Source: Sphyrna mokarran
Lineage: Eukaryota
NCBI GenBank assembly: GCA_024679065.1
Contig: JAGIQG010000024.1
Coordinates: 26,288,001-26,352,000, forward strand
Direction of reading: 5' to 3'
Length of the DNA: 64,000 nucleotides
In this document: one piece after another, positions 12,820 through 26,115 of the stretch
Numbering within the stretch: position 1 is the first letter of the stretch
How the letters are laid out: the number at the start of each line of letters is the position of its first letter
Program-made: the position numbers and the translations under genes
Notes under the pieces: generated by a model
Told to the model about the DNA's origin: nothing
Database searches by the model: none
The model's input: only the letters and a program-made list of their open reading frames with translations

Positions 12820-12979
12820 CTTGTGAGCATCCATCAAGTTCATCACTAGATCTAGGTCTCCATGAACAGGCTGATCCTCAGCTAACTGTGGTTCAACCTT
12901 ATACAGCCAATCAACAAGAGCCTGGAGTGCATCAGTAAACTGTCCTGAAAACAGGAGGGCCTCCTCCAATTTGTGCTGC
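12820..12979 (-). CDS. MACF1: MACF1 exon ([32 protein letters not shown]...MDAHK)
   Basis: 160 nt, phase 2-0, GT-AG. Confidence 0.94.
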
Positions 12980-13438
12980 CTGAACAGGACCAGAAAACAA
13001 CAAACTTTAATACTTGTTAAAGTTACACCCTTTTAACATTAGGTTTAATCGGTGTGAAACAAGAATCTGTAGCCAAACCAAATGGATATAGCTTATCAGC
13101 AAACAACCTCTATTTTTAAAACAAGTGATTGCAAGTGAAATTAGATCCAATCTTTAACAAAGTATCAGTAATCCATCCAAAGTAAGGTTGCAGAGGGATG
13201 TCAATAAATATCTAGTTTAATTGGAAAAGCTCTCCATTTCGGCACACAAGTGTATCCAATATCACAAGACATATATTAAAACCAGTTAGCGTACTATAAA
13301 TCCAGTGAGAGTGATGTTGTCTGTTTAAGTCACTAGTTATGACTAAATACATAAAAGTATACTAATAACTCTCTCGGTTAGAAAATTTCACTTGATCCCA
13401 GATAACAATAAACTAAAAACATATTTATTCCTCCTTAC

Positions 13439-13608
13439 CTCTCCACAGATTTACCACAGACAGTGTCCCACTTATCTCGCACTTCTCCCAACAGATTATC
13501 CAATTTCTGACAGTCATCTGTAAGCAAGGCTTTATCTTTCATGGAGCGGCCCATTCGGATTGTGGTGTCATATACAGGCTGTTTCCCACCCAGGGTTTTT
13601 TGGAAATC
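13439..13608 (-). CDS. MACF1: MACF1 exon ([13 protein letters not shown]...CGKSVE)
   Basis: 170 nt, aag acceptor / gtaagg donor, phase 0-2. Confidence 0.92.
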
Positions 13609-14269
13609 CTTGTTTGAATTTAAAAAGAGCACAGTAATATTGGAAATGTGGAAGTACAGAGTAACAAATCAGATCTCAATTTGACAATCACAGACTTGAT
13701 CATTAAAGTATTCACATTTTTGAGTTAATGCCTAAAATATTTTATTTAATTGCCACTGGGACATTTCAACTCAGGTTACATGCAACATTACATGATTAGG
13801 TGCCAAATCTTGCAACTGAATTTGCAAAGTTGTATTTGAAGGATCTAAATGCTTTGAAACAATATTGATTTGAGAACTGGACATCTTGGGAAACAATAAA
13901 ACTACTCACTTGCAAAGACTTTTATCTAACCCCATGTTTTAAAACATGAACTGGTTTTTCATTCAGAAATATTGTACTGATTTAGTTATAGTTGTCCCTG
14001 TAGTTCGATAAATTTAATCCTTTTGCTTGCATTAAGTCCTGGCTAAAAGGCTCCAAGTTTGGCACCAATCTTGCACTCATCATCTTTCTGGTTTATACAA
14101 TAAAGGAAAACTTTAAAATGATAAGGCATTAATAAATGTCAACTGCCTAGCCACTTTGATAAGTATACAAAGGTTTGCAGATCACCACGTAGCAAACTGT
14201 AAACATAAGCTCATCTCAGGCAAAAACAGTGAAAATTGTTCACTAACTGACAATGAATGGTTAAAGACT

Positions 14270-15320
14270 AGACTATGGTATGTTCAACTATTACTTTGCT
14301 TATATTTGCATAATTGGATCCAAAATTGACTCTGTGACAAGAAACAAAAGGTATGGTCAATGGGTGTTTTTGCAAATGAAAAGTGGTCTCCAGTGGCGTT
14401 TTACAAGGCTCAATGTGGCAGGTCTTGCTGCTTATATATATTAATAATTTGGACTTAAATGTGGGAAGCATGATTGGAAAGTTTATAGATGGCAGAAAAA
14501 TTGGTGTGTGGTTGATAGCGAAGAGGATAGCTGTTGTCTCCAGAATTATATCACTGGTTTTGTGCATGGCTGGAAAAGTGGCAAACAGAATTTAACCTGG
14601 AAAACTATGAGGGGATGCTTTTGGAAACCGCAAACAAAGCTAGGGGATACTGAATAAATGGGAAGGTGTTGAGTGGAATTGAGGAAGTGACAGTACATGT
14701 CCAAAGATCCTTAATGGTGGCAGGACAAACCATATAAGAATGCTTTCCGTAATTGGGCATGGTACTGAATACAAAAGCAAAGGCATAATGCTGAAACTGT
14801 ATAATATACTGGTTAAGACACAGTTGGAATTTTGTGTATAGTTCCTGTCACCACATTACAAGGATACAATTGCTCTGAAGAAATTAGAGGAGGTTTACAA
14901 GAATGTTGCCATGGCTTGAAAATTGCAACTGTGACAAGAGATTGGATAGACTGGGTTATTTTTGTTATAGAGGAGACCGAAGGGTTACTTAATTGAAGTG
15001 TATAAAATTGTGAGGAGCCAAGATGGGGTAGATAAAAAAGACCTATTTCCCCTTAGCTGAGGGGTCAGTTATTAGGAACACAGACTTAAGGTGATTGATA
15101 GAAGGATTAGAAGGGACATGAGGATAGCGGTTGCCTGAAATTCACTACCCGAATAATTTTTGTGGTTGAAACATTTAAAATGTATTTTGATCTGCAAGGC
15201 AGTGGACCAGGTGCTAGAAAGTGGAATTAATATGAACACTTCTAGTTTTTCCCCCCTTTTTTGGCTGGCTCAGACCCAATGGGCTGAATGTCCTCTGTGT
15301 TGTAACTTTTCTATGGTTCT
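14270..15320 (+). mobile_element. CR1 LINE 3' ~1 kb fragment
   Basis: SGVLQGS...LIYINNLD...IGKF RT motif and TTCTATGGTTCT tail. Confidence 0.85.
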
Positions 15321-16012
15321 GTATAGGAGGAAATTGCTGGCTTCTCTTATTTGGATCATTCTGTTCTGTTTGCAACAGGAATTGGAAATTGACAATTTGG
15401 ATTAAATGGCACACATTTTTTTCTGGTGAGACTTGCTAACACTTAGTTTTCTAAGTATTGGATAGAATTTCCATCAATTCAAACCCTAGCAAACTAGGGT
15501 CAAATTATGAAATGAGAAAAAATTGCTGGTGCCAATCCACATCATCAGAAAACTCCTGCTTTTCTAAAACTGAAAATGTACAGTTAAAAGGTCTGCATGT
15601 AACAATATCCTGCCTTCTTAGCTGTTAGTATAGTTATTTAAATTACATTTCTCTTTTTGAAAAATCACTATTTCTCATTTTGATTAGCAAACAGTTGTTT
15701 TTTTTTTGCATGAAGTCTTCCTTACTGGTTTTGTCCAACTGCTGGAACTGGGTGGTGGGATGCCAAACCACAAGGGACCAAGTAAGTCCCATGTCCAAGT
15801 GAAATTCAATAATCTCAAACAGAACAGCTTTGCGCATGTTAAAACTGACCTCAGCGTTCCTCAGAGGGTGTCAGATGGTCACTATTGTCAATAGGGGATA
15901 GGCAAAGGGAGTGTTTGAAAGTGGGAGGGCGGGGGGTAAAGAAATGAAGATTACAGTTTAAACCTGAAAGAATCAGAACCAGTTTTATGGAATGGAGCAT
16001 CAGATTTCTTAC

Positions 16013-16132
16013 CTTGTGTTTTGACAGCTGTAATTTAATTTTATCTGGATCATTGGAAATTTCAAGATCGGTGTCCAGATTGTTTTCCGCTTCCTCAAGC
16101 CAATCAATCAATTTTTTCCAGGCTTCATAGAA
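16013..16132 (-). CDS. MACF1: MACF1 exon ([16 protein letters not shown]...LSKHK)
   Basis: 120 nt, GT-AG. Confidence 0.94.
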
Positions 16133-17219
16133 CTGAAGTTATAAAAACACAATGCTCTGAATTAAACTCACTTGGATCAAAATCAAAATGTACATTTTTG
16201 TCAAGAAGTTGCAATAGAATCCATCTGTGTTTTGTATCATCACAAACTATTTGCACCATTAAAATAGTTGGGTGCAAGGACCAGACGGAGCTGCGTAAGT
16301 TAAATTATTTCAAAAGCTAAAGGCTTTAAAAAAAATTAGCAAAAAATTCTTGAGGGTCAACCTTTGCATCTAAATTGCTTAATATTTTGGAACAGCTGTT
16401 TTCAGTTCCAGACACATTATCAAGTTGAGTGAAGATACAAAAATGGTTCAAGTGACTTATCACTGTTCATGTTACAGTGCATCAGTTTTTAAAATTGCAT
16501 ATCCATATTCCTTGAAGTATTAATAACAAAATTAAATTAGAACAAACTGTTTTAAGCAGAATAATCCAAACTAGAAACTATAATTTGAGTTTTATTGATT
16601 CTGTCTTCCTCCAGTGCAGAACCTTCACCATCATAAGTCCAGGGAAAGTGGGAAATGTTATCGTAAACCAAATACTGTCAAGATATTTTCAAGGGAGTAT
16701 ATTAAATAGTGTTACTGACAGGCTTGAAGGAGAGCTCTGCAGGGTGAAATGTTCGCTTCCCTACATGAGGATCATAACATGGACAAGGCAGCTTGCATTT
16801 TGTGATGGAGCATTATGGATACATCAAGTTACATCTTTATTCCAATAATTAAATAGAATCATGTGAGGGTATCCTAAATCATATTAGATTTTGCTTTCTG
16901 CTAATATGAGAAGTTTGAGATAAAAATGTGTTTCTTTATTGTGCTTTTCATTACTACTAGGGCAGGAAGTATTTCTTAAATATATTTATTGTTGTATTGT
17001 AGGAATCACAGCAGGTAATGTCCAGGCAATTTGATTTCTGAGATGTTAATTTAGAAATAAACATTGGCCATAGGATCTTTAACATCTGTTCAATGGGCTT
17101 CAGTATTAGAGTTAAGTCTGCTTTGATTTCTGCCTGAAGTGGGTTAGAATTAAGTCACAGGTATTTTTGAAGACATTTCTCTCAAATGCCATCTGTCAAT
17201 ATTTTGCACCAACACAGGA

Positions 17220-17385
17220 GAGGTGATGGTATCATGGTATTGTCACTGGAATCGTAATCCAGAGTCCTAGGGTAAAACTCTGCGGCCCTAGGTTCAAATC
17301 TCTCAATATTGAATTTGAATTCAATAAAAATCTGGAACTGAATGTCTAATGATGACCATGAAACCATTGTAATTTGTCATAAAAA
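17220..17385 (+). mobile_element. tRNA-derived SINE 5' part
   Basis: A-box-like head, GGTTCAAATC B box, AT-rich core gaatttgaattcaataaaaatctgg. Confidence 0.6.
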
Positions 17386-18034
17386 TACTATAATCAAGGT
17401 TGTGGTACCCGGAGTAGCTTCATTACGGTTGCATTAATGATTGCTGCACTGCCTAGATTGAAGGCTTAAAATGGCCAGCCTAGAGAGTTTAGTTGTTCCA
17501 GGAACAAAGGGGATCTTGGAGAAGTTGACAGAATATAAACTATGAACAACGTTATTAATCAGCTATTATTATATACAAGCTTACCTCCTCACTTGGTCTT
17601 TAAACTTGTTAAAAACAAAAAAACCTTGTATTTATGCAACATTGTCTCAAGAGTGTTATAGAGCAACATTTGACGCTGAACTACATGAAGCGATATTAAG
17701 CAGTGCTAACTATTGGTCAAGGAAGTAGGTTTAAAGAAGCACTGACAGTCAGCAGCGCCAAGGGCTGCAGACAGGTCAAGAAGTACAAGGATGGCAGACC
17801 TACTTTTGTCAAGGTCACCTAACACACTATTTGTCATTTGAGCAGGCTCATTTCACTAATGTGACAAAGGCGAAAGGGTGCAGGGATTCAAATACAGCAT
17901 GCTGAGAAAGATGGGCATAGATTTGGGAAGCAGCAACATGTTCCAACATAATAAACAAATCTTCCCATCCAAGTGCTTTTGCAAACAGGCCAGGAAAAAT
18001 CCAGTCTGCAAATATTCACATTGATCCTGCATAC

Positions 18035-18241
18035 CTGCTTTGCACGTTTTCTGGCCTCATCAAGTGCTCTTCCTCTCTCGACAGAGCGCTGTACCACTTT
18101 CTCCCAACGTGATTGCACACTGAAGAGAAGGTTCTTTATCAGAACCACATCTTGTTTTTGGCTAAGAAACTTCAACTGATTTCCAGTTTTATCCAGGTCG
18201 ATGATTTGGTCACGATGAGAATTTACTTCATTAGCAAAAAT
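18035..18241 (-). CDS. MACF1: MACF1 exon ([10 protein letters not shown]...ARKRAKQ)
   Basis: 207 nt, GT-AG. Confidence 0.94.
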
Positions 18242-18830
18242 CTGGAAAATAGCAACAGGCATTAACTAAACCTCTCTGCAAGGAATTTATCTTTGCCCTT
18301 GTTTTGCATTCCCAGGTCTCATTAAGCAATAGATAGAAAACATGTTGCAAGTACTTTGCAAATACTGCTTTTTAACTGGTCATTGGGAAGTATCTCATTG
18401 TTCCCTGCAAATTACTCTGTTATTTACCTTTTCTTCATGCAGAGAAACCCATAATATCATAGTTGAAATTAGGAATAAAGGGTACAAGCCCTCTGCCAAG
18501 AATTTAATAGTGTGTACTGATGACCACAGCAAACAGCAAAATGCTATTTCATTATGAGTACATTGTATTATTACATATTCTATCACAGTAGAGATATGTT
18601 TGAATATTTTCATCATTTTACCAAGAATTTTGTTGAATGGATTGTTAAAATAAATATTTGTATTCTTCACATCACTCCAATATTGATTTATGAATTGTTG
18701 AAAGTACAATGTATTTTCACAAACTATTAAGAATAAAATAAAAGTAAAAACGTTTTGGTGTGTGGACATGCTTTATAAGATCCTGAAGTGAGGCAGTAAT
18801 CAACGCACATCTACAAGCTTCTGAATTGCT

Positions 18831-19090
18831 GCAGTCCTCCTAACTCTAGCATTGAGCAGTCACTTGGTTCTTGATCTCAGTATTGAAGCAGGTACCTGGT
18901 TCCTGATCCCAGCATCAAGTAGTTGTCCCTTTGTCAAAACTGGTATCAAACAGTCACCAAGTTCTTACCCCCAGTAGTTGCCCAGTTCCTGACCCCAATA
19001 TTGAGCCGTTGTCCCTTTCTTATCTCAGTAAAGAGCAGTCAACTCGTCCCCATTCTGAATATCGAGTAATCACCCTGTTTCCCCTCCAAG
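18831..19090. repeat. Degenerate ~31-bp minisatellite, about 8-9 copies
   Basis: Units include gcagtcacttggttcttgatctcagtattgaa, gcaggtacctggttcctgatcccagcatcaa and gtagttgcccagttcctgaccccaatattga. Confidence 0.7.
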
Positions 19091-19217
19091 AAGTGTACTG
19101 AAGCAGTCTTGTCATTCCTCGTCCCTTGGGCTGAGGCAATGCCACTTGTACTATCCTCAAACCCAAACTGCCTGCTATCTCTAGCTCCCGCCAAAGTCTA
19201 ATCCAGTACTCCAGTAC

Positions 19218-19373
19218 CTTGTGCTCGTCTATCTGGAAAAGGACTGTATCGACGATAAGACTAGGAGGCGGTGCAACGTTCAGATTTTGCTCTGCTTGAG
19301 TAAGCCAATTAATGAAATCCTGCAAGGAATTCTGAAACTCTGTTGCGAGATTGAGAGCCTCCTCTAGTTTGGT
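19218..19373 (-). CDS. MACF1: MACF1 exon ([13 protein letters not shown]...QIDEHK)
   Basis: 156 nt, GT-AG. Confidence 0.94.
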
Positions 19374-19708
19374 CTGAAAAGGAAAAAACAGGAGAGTAAT
19401 AGAATGGTTACAACACAGAAGGCAGCTGTTTGGCTCACAGTTTGTGCTGGCTCTGTGAAAGAGCAACACAGCTAATCCCATCCTTCTCCATCTTTTCCCT
19501 GTGTTCCTGCAATTCTTTTCTTTCCAGATAATTATCTAGCTCGATAAAAAATATAGAATTGCTAGAGAGAAATATTGAATGCAACAGGAACTAAAATTAT
19601 GTTATTAAAAATCTTCATCTTATTTGGAATTATGGTGGAATATGTTTTTAAATAAATATTGCTAATTTCCCATTTCTGATACAGTTATAATATTGTTGGC
19701 CATCCTAC

Positions 19709-19879
19709 CTTCTTTTCTGCCATCTTTGTGCTCATCGATTGCCACTTCTGTTCTAATAACATGACACACTGTTCAACATTGGATCCTGCAGCATCGTCTC
19801 GAGTACTCAATAAAAGCCGGCCCTTCTCGTGCAAGTTTTTATATGTCTCCTCATTAGCACAGAATTCTCTGTGGAGTTC
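19709..19879 (-). CDS. MACF1: MACF1 exon (ELHREFCANEETY...LEQKWQSMSTKMAEKK)
   Basis: 171 nt, tag / gtagga; open frame translated by hand. Confidence 0.92.
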
Positions 19880-20719
19880 CTAAAAAAAGAGAAATCTTTA
19901 CAATTAATCCTTGTGATTGCCCATTGTTAACATATTCAAAGAAGTGTACTTCACTCAGCTTTTTGAGGATCTTATGCATACATATACATATATATTTTAT
20001 GAAATCACTCCATAACTTTGTCATGCATCATTCATAGCAGAAGATATAGCAAATATTTCTAACTGATGTGCCATGGTTGAATTGTTCTATTCTGAAGTTT
20101 AAATGTACAGGAAAAGCTGCTTGATATCTGGCATTTTGAGTGTTTACATTTTTATGGAAATCAAGAGACTATGTATGGTTAGTAAGCAATTGTCTAACAT
20201 TTTAACTAAATAAAATAATAACAGAATTTCCTATAATGGTATCAACATTTTGGCCTGAATCTTCTAGTCTCTAGATTGTCAGAGATCAGAGGTGTGCCCA
20301 AATGTATACCATGGGACCAAACCCTGTGGAAGTCCTGATGCAGACTAATGTGTGTGGATTCCACTGATCACTGATGATGTCATTCCTTAGAAGATCTAGG
20401 TCATTGATAACATATCACAATTTCAGCCCAAATATTTAACATTGACTAAAATTAGGCATTAATATAATTGGTCCAAGTTTACATATAACATTTGTCTAAC
20501 TGTTTGATACAATGCAGATCAGCTTTTGCGTTCTTTATAGCTTGACGGAAAACTCTATACAATTTGTAAACCAACACAATATGCACGTCTAAAAAAAAAG
20601 TAATTAGCTGATTATCTGCACAATGATACCGTGTCTCTAAAAAATGTATTTTAAATCATGTTTAACAGTTTGCTTTATTAACACTGGTGCAGCTGAGTCT
20701 ATATCCGGAAACCCTATAT

Positions 20720-21394
20720 TGTTACTGCAGCATCATAATTGCTAGAATATTTGTTTTAACCTGAATTAATGCTGTTTTTAATGCTTTTCCCCCCCGAGGG
20801 ATTTGCAGCATAAGCCTCAATTAGGTTGATTGACAGGAAAATCAGGTAACTAGGTGGAGCTAAGCTTACAAAGAGAAATCAAGCTCAGGGCTTTTTGGGA
20901 ACTCACAAAAGTAGTAATAGCTGAGTCTCTGAAGTCTGGAGACTGGGATCTGTCAGAGACTAGGTTTATTTTTCTGAAGTTCTGCTGTTTGAGGATATAT
21001 CCTTTCTTGTCTTGATCTCTGTCCAGAGGTGTTAAAAGCCTGGAAATCTAGCATCCATGTCAGTACATCTGTTTGTGGTGCTAACTGGTTCTGAAGAAGG
21101 GCTTAATGTCTATGGGGCATTCTGCTTATAATGGAACTACAGCGATAGCTAGCTGTTAAGAGTTATAACTTTTCATGTTAAAGCATTTAAATTAGCAAAT
21201 GTTATCCCTAATTCTTCTGTTGTATTCTAACTGGGTTCTTAAATAAACTTTGTTTTGATAAATGCTTCCTAGTGGGTCAGTTGAATCATACCTGGAATGA
21301 AATATCTTATGCTCACCCTAATGCCAAAATCATAGAAGTTGGGTCTAGGCTATCTTCATAATATACTTTTGAGTTCATGACCTGATCCCCAACA
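20720..21394 (+). mobile_element. Probable solo LTR (Gypsy-type)
   Basis: TGTTA...AACA ends, internal AATAAA at about 21242; no clear TSD. Confidence 0.5.
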
Positions 21395-21959
21395 ACACCA
21401 TGACCTCTTGGAAATTTCCCACAATTAATTTGGGGGAAGAAAAGATAAAATTGACTGGGACCACTCTAAAGCATATTGTACTGACTATTTACAAAACGTA
21501 GTAAGTGTTTACTCAGGGAAAATTGTAGAAACTGGAAAAACATTGTATAAAGTACAACCTTTTTACCAACGAAATCTTTACTAAATGCTCTTGTACAATG
21601 AAGTATTGAGCTTATAATTGGGATAATCCTCTCAATTCTTTGTTGGTTATCATATGAAGTTTTGTTCCTAAATATTTTAGGAGTTTAAACTTTTGAATTA
21701 TTAACTCAGGATTTGAACTGGCATTTTGGGTGGGATGCTAGATTAAAGGTATTGGACAGTGGCCTGTTATAATTTCTCTCTTGCACAGTCAATTGCTTTT
21801 GCAACAAATTTCACTGGCAGTCTTTTAATGAGATGAAAGTTGACATGTCTAATTCTGTGACTGTGAATTTGGCTTTGAATTTCCATTTTGTAATTTGATC
21901 TATTTTTCCTCCTCTATTTTTTTTGTCTTCACTAAGCTAATTTTCCCATCAAAAGAGAA

Positions 21960-22860
21960 ATTACATGACATATATTGAGTATTTGCATTGGTCAGTTTCC
22001 CTATATATGCTGGCAGCACCATTTTTACTTCACCAGCTCTCTTGATCCTGCCAATGTCTTTAAACTGCTATACTGCTTATCCAGCATGCAGTACTGGATA
22101 AGCAGAAATTTGCTCCAACTGAACTTTAAGATGATTGAAGCCATTGTCCTCAGTCCCTGCCATGAACTCCACTCTCAGCATTAACTGCATACCTCTCTTT
22201 GGCAACTTTCTGACGCTGAACCAGATTGTTTGCAACCTCAATGAAATATCTGACTGCAAATTCAACTTCAACCACATATCTGAACATGACGAGGATTGCC
22301 TATTTCACCTCTAATGTTGTCTTACTCTGTTTCCTGCCTCAGCTACGAATGTTGGAATCTTCATATATACCTTTCTCACCTGTGGATTTGGCTTTTCTCA
22401 TGCACTCCCACATTCAATTGTCTGTAAATGCAAGGTCATCCAAAATTAAATTGCACATGTCCTAACTCACATCAAATCCCATTCACCCATCACACTGCTG
22501 CTCACTGACCTACATCAGCTCTTGGATAAAAAAAAAAATGCCTTGATTTTAAAATTCTTCTTATCTTTAAATCTCCATGGTCTCCTCCAGACCACTGACC
22601 CTCCTGTGAAATCTGCATTCCTCCAATTTTTTGAGTATCACCAATTTTAATTGCTTTGTTACCAGTAGTTGCGCCCAAGTTGCTTAAGCCTCAATTGCTG
22701 GAATTCTGTCCCCAAATCTCTCCTCTTCTCATCTCATTTGCCTTCTTTAAGATCACTTTAGTGGCCACCTAGCAATTTTCTGATTAGTATTTTACGTGGA
22801 TCTATGTCATACTTGGTTTTAAATGCCTTCTTGAGCCTAGTGACATCTTACGAGGTTAAA
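21960..22860 (+). mobile_element. L2-type LINE fragment
   Basis: SMQYWISRNLLQLNFKMIEAIV resembles the L2 WM..N.LQLN..KTE motif; HSPIT..L.DL remnant. Confidence 0.7.
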
Positions 22861-23104
22861 GGTGCTTAGAATGCACATATTGGGTTTAGACAGAGAATGC
22901 AACAAATATATGAACTACCACCGAATAAATAATACCACAGGCTAAAAGGAGCATTGAAACTCAAACTGTACATTTCTTAAAGGATATCTTAAAAGGAAAA
23001 TGTTTGAAATAAAAAGTTCAGATAAACTCCATCAAATGAAAAGGAAAAAAATTCCTTGTTTTGGGAAATCATTTGCTTTTGAAGGAGATAACAAAATTCA
23101 TTAC

Positions 23105-23233
23105 CAAGTGAACATTGAGTTGCTCCCGGGCTGTCTCAGGTAAACCGCCAGTGGATTTAGATGCTACCAACTGATTCTCAACACGGCTCAACCACTGCAA
23201 AAAGTCCTCAATCTCTTCATGAAATCCTTCAGC
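23105..23233 (-). CDS. MACF1: MACF1 exon (AEGFHEEIEDFLQWL...GGLPETAREQLNVHL)
   Basis: 129 nt, GT-AG. Confidence 0.93.
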
Positions 23234-23559
23234 CTATGAAACAAGGAATATTCAGAAAAACTACCAATCGGCTGACAAAAGGTGGCTAATATCCACTCAT
23301 AATATAGAAATCAAACATCAATGCAAATAGAATTCAGATCAAAGTAACACGAAAGAAGGTTTTAATTCTACCTGAAATAGTTTGAGTGAAATTAATTTGT
23401 ACTGAAGCAGATGTTTAAGATCAACTCAAATTGGAACTTTAGTAATAATTTACGAAATTAAATATAATGCTAGTGGCCAACTAGCATTTCCAAGGCCAAA
23501 CATCAATCCTCAAAGAATCAAAATGATATGAGAAAGTAATTTCTAGCAACGTTGCAAAA

Positions 23560-24070
23560 ATGAAGCTACACAACATTAAAGGGAAAGTAGCTACATGGAA
23601 AGAAATTAGTAGAGATCAAAAGACAGTATTACAGTTGAAAAGACATCTTTCAGATTGGTGGATATTAGTTTAGCTCTGCAGCTGTTTATATAAATTATTT
23701 TGTTTTAGACTTTGAACACAATGGCATTGAAGTTTGCCAACAATATCAATTCAGAAGGCATGGCAAACTGCAAAGAAGAATACAGAGTTTACATTGGTTG
23801 ATGGAGGATCAGATAGGCTATTGATGCAGTGCAATGCAGAGAATTATTTGTAATACATTTTAGAAGAAATAATTAAAATATACTGTAAGCTAGAGAATTT
23901 TTCAGAGTGCAGAAACAAAGAGAACCAAAGATACAGGTACACATATTTAACAACTGCCATTTAAGATCTGAAAAAAAAACTTGAGGTTCTGGGTTTTATA
24001 TGTAGGGATACATAATACAAATTCAGATGTGACATTAACGTAACAAATGACAATGGTTATGCTACAATTG
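23560..24070 (+). mobile_element. CR1 LINE fragment, very decayed
   Basis: LKFANN (KFADD-like) and MQCNAE remnants. Confidence 0.5.
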
Positions 24071-24176
24071 CCAATTTTAGGAATTCCAACATTGGCCAAA
24101 TACTGGAATCGCAGGACAAGTGTAAATATTCCTTAGAATTTGTTTCAAATGCTAAATTTATAAGATAGTCCCAAAA

Positions 24177-25113
24177 TGTAACAGTCTCTTCAATTTACGC
24201 TAAAATGGAGTAGAACGATCATGTGACTTTGCTCTGAATTCTGCTCGACAAGCATCTTGGTTGCTTTGGGGATAACAAGGCCCAGTTGACTTACAGGGAG
24301 GAAGGTGCATCATGTTCATAATAATGACAAGAGTGGTTGTATTGAGATGGGTAGGCTACTAATCTCCAAGTTTCACAGGGATGTATTAGGAACGTCTAGT
24401 TTTATAAATGGTTGGAATTAAACAGACTGTTTAATTCCAAGATAAAACAGAGTTGGGGAGGTCTAGAAAAAGCTCATAAGAAATATAAATATAGGGATCA
24501 TGTGATTCACATTGAGATGGAGATAAGCTTAAGGGAGGGAAAAGTTCATACAAGGTTTCCAAGGCATCGCCAAAACTCTTAGACACAAGTCAATTTGCAG
24601 CTATCTGAAAGACAGGGATGGGGCAGTTAGTTTTGCACCTGAAGTAGAAAAAATGACAACTCTATTGGTTGCCATGATACACAAAGAACTCGTGTTTAGA
24701 TTGAAGAGATCAAGTTTATGAAGATTTGTTACGAGGGAAAGAATCTCCAGTATAACCTTCAAAATGAAAGTCAGTTCTGGTATTAAAAGTTATCTGGTAA
24801 AGAAAGAAAACAAGTCATCAGAATCTAATAATTTTGGCTCTGAAAGAATAAAGTATTCACTTAAGGGACAGCATAAATATAATCATGGTGTGAGACTTTT
24901 GGTTGGGTTAAAAGTTAAACATTGTTCTTCTGTCATTTAGAGTATAAGGTACCTACTGAATATCGTTTAGACAACTTTTTTTTTTATTTGTATATTGCTT
25001 TTGGTTTGCTTGCTGCAACAAGTTCTAAAACTTGAAATCTTGTCATGTCTCAGTCACTGGGAATTTAAATAATTTTTTAAAAAAAATGATCCGTCTTTAT
25101 GAAGATCATAACA
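24177..25113 (+). mobile_element. Probable solo LTR
   Basis: TGTAA...GATCATAACA ends; no clear TSD. Confidence 0.45.
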
Positions 25114-25392
25114 ATTGATGCAGGAATAAGAGGCTTGTTATGAAAGACTAGTGAAAGAATTATGACTTTCACTGGAACAGAGGCTATTAAGGGAGGATTT
25201 AAAAGATAAAGATTACATAAATTGTTAAGGAATAAATATCAAAGATTATGAAAGAGTGATAAATAGGATTTAAATTCAATCACTAGAAGAATGAAGGAAA
25301 AGTTACAGGATTTTTTTGTAATGGCTTTTACAAATTGGAATGTTTTATTGCAAATAACAGTTGAGACAAAAGAGAGATAAGGACTGAGAACA

Positions 25393-25509
25393 CTGGAAAT
25401 ACTCAGTTGGATAAATAACATCTGTCGAGACAGAAGCAGAGATAACACTTGATGTGTTAATTCTATTTCTCGCTCCACAGATAGTGTCCGGTTTGTTGAG
25501 TATTTCCAG
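25393..25509. repeat. Imperfect 117-bp foldback (Penelope-derived)
   Basis: ctggaaatactca...tgagtatttccag outer arms; inner atctgt/acagat and taacac/gtgtta pairs. Confidence 0.7.
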
Positions 25510-25917
25510 TTTTTATTTCAGATTTCCAGCACTTACACCATTTTATTTTAACATTAACAGAATTTGACAAGTAGTTATGAAAAAAAGCATACGAGGTAAG
25601 AGCAAAGAAATTGGACTATGCAACAGAATCGATGGTCTTTTTGCTTTGCAATTTCAAGGCTTCAGAATCAATTAACAGATGTTGGTGAGAGGGATTTATA
25701 GATTGATGTATAACCATAAATTCAATCTGTAATTATTTTCACCAATGCTAATTAATTTCCAATTGATCTCAGGGTGAACAGAGAAGGCAATTACAGTTTA
25801 ATTGCAGCATAACAGAGTATGATAAGCGGTGCCATGCAAATTCTGCTAGCAACTTGTTTTGGCCTCATGTAAGTATTAAACCCCAAAGTCTCCCAATATC
25901 CTACTTCTATTGAATAC

Positions 25918-26115
25918 CTGCTGTAGAGCAGCCTCCAGTTGCTGTTCTCTCCCTTCAGTTTTCTGAAGCAGCGATTGCCAGTTCTGATTTAACTTATCTA
26001 GTCGACGCTTTAGGTTACTGGCATCCTCTCCTGCACTTGACTCCAGAAGTTCATTCCCTGCTTTATTTACAGTGTCGACTGTTGACTTGTGGGCAAGCAC
26101 ATCATTCTTCAGGAC
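25918..26115 (-). CDS. MACF1: MACF1 exon ([13 protein letters not shown]...EAALQQ)
   Basis: 198 nt, GT-AG. Confidence 0.94.

Noticed and set aside
18831-19090. CRISPR-like array
   Set aside because: Units are contiguous and degenerate, with no unique spacers, in a vertebrate intron.
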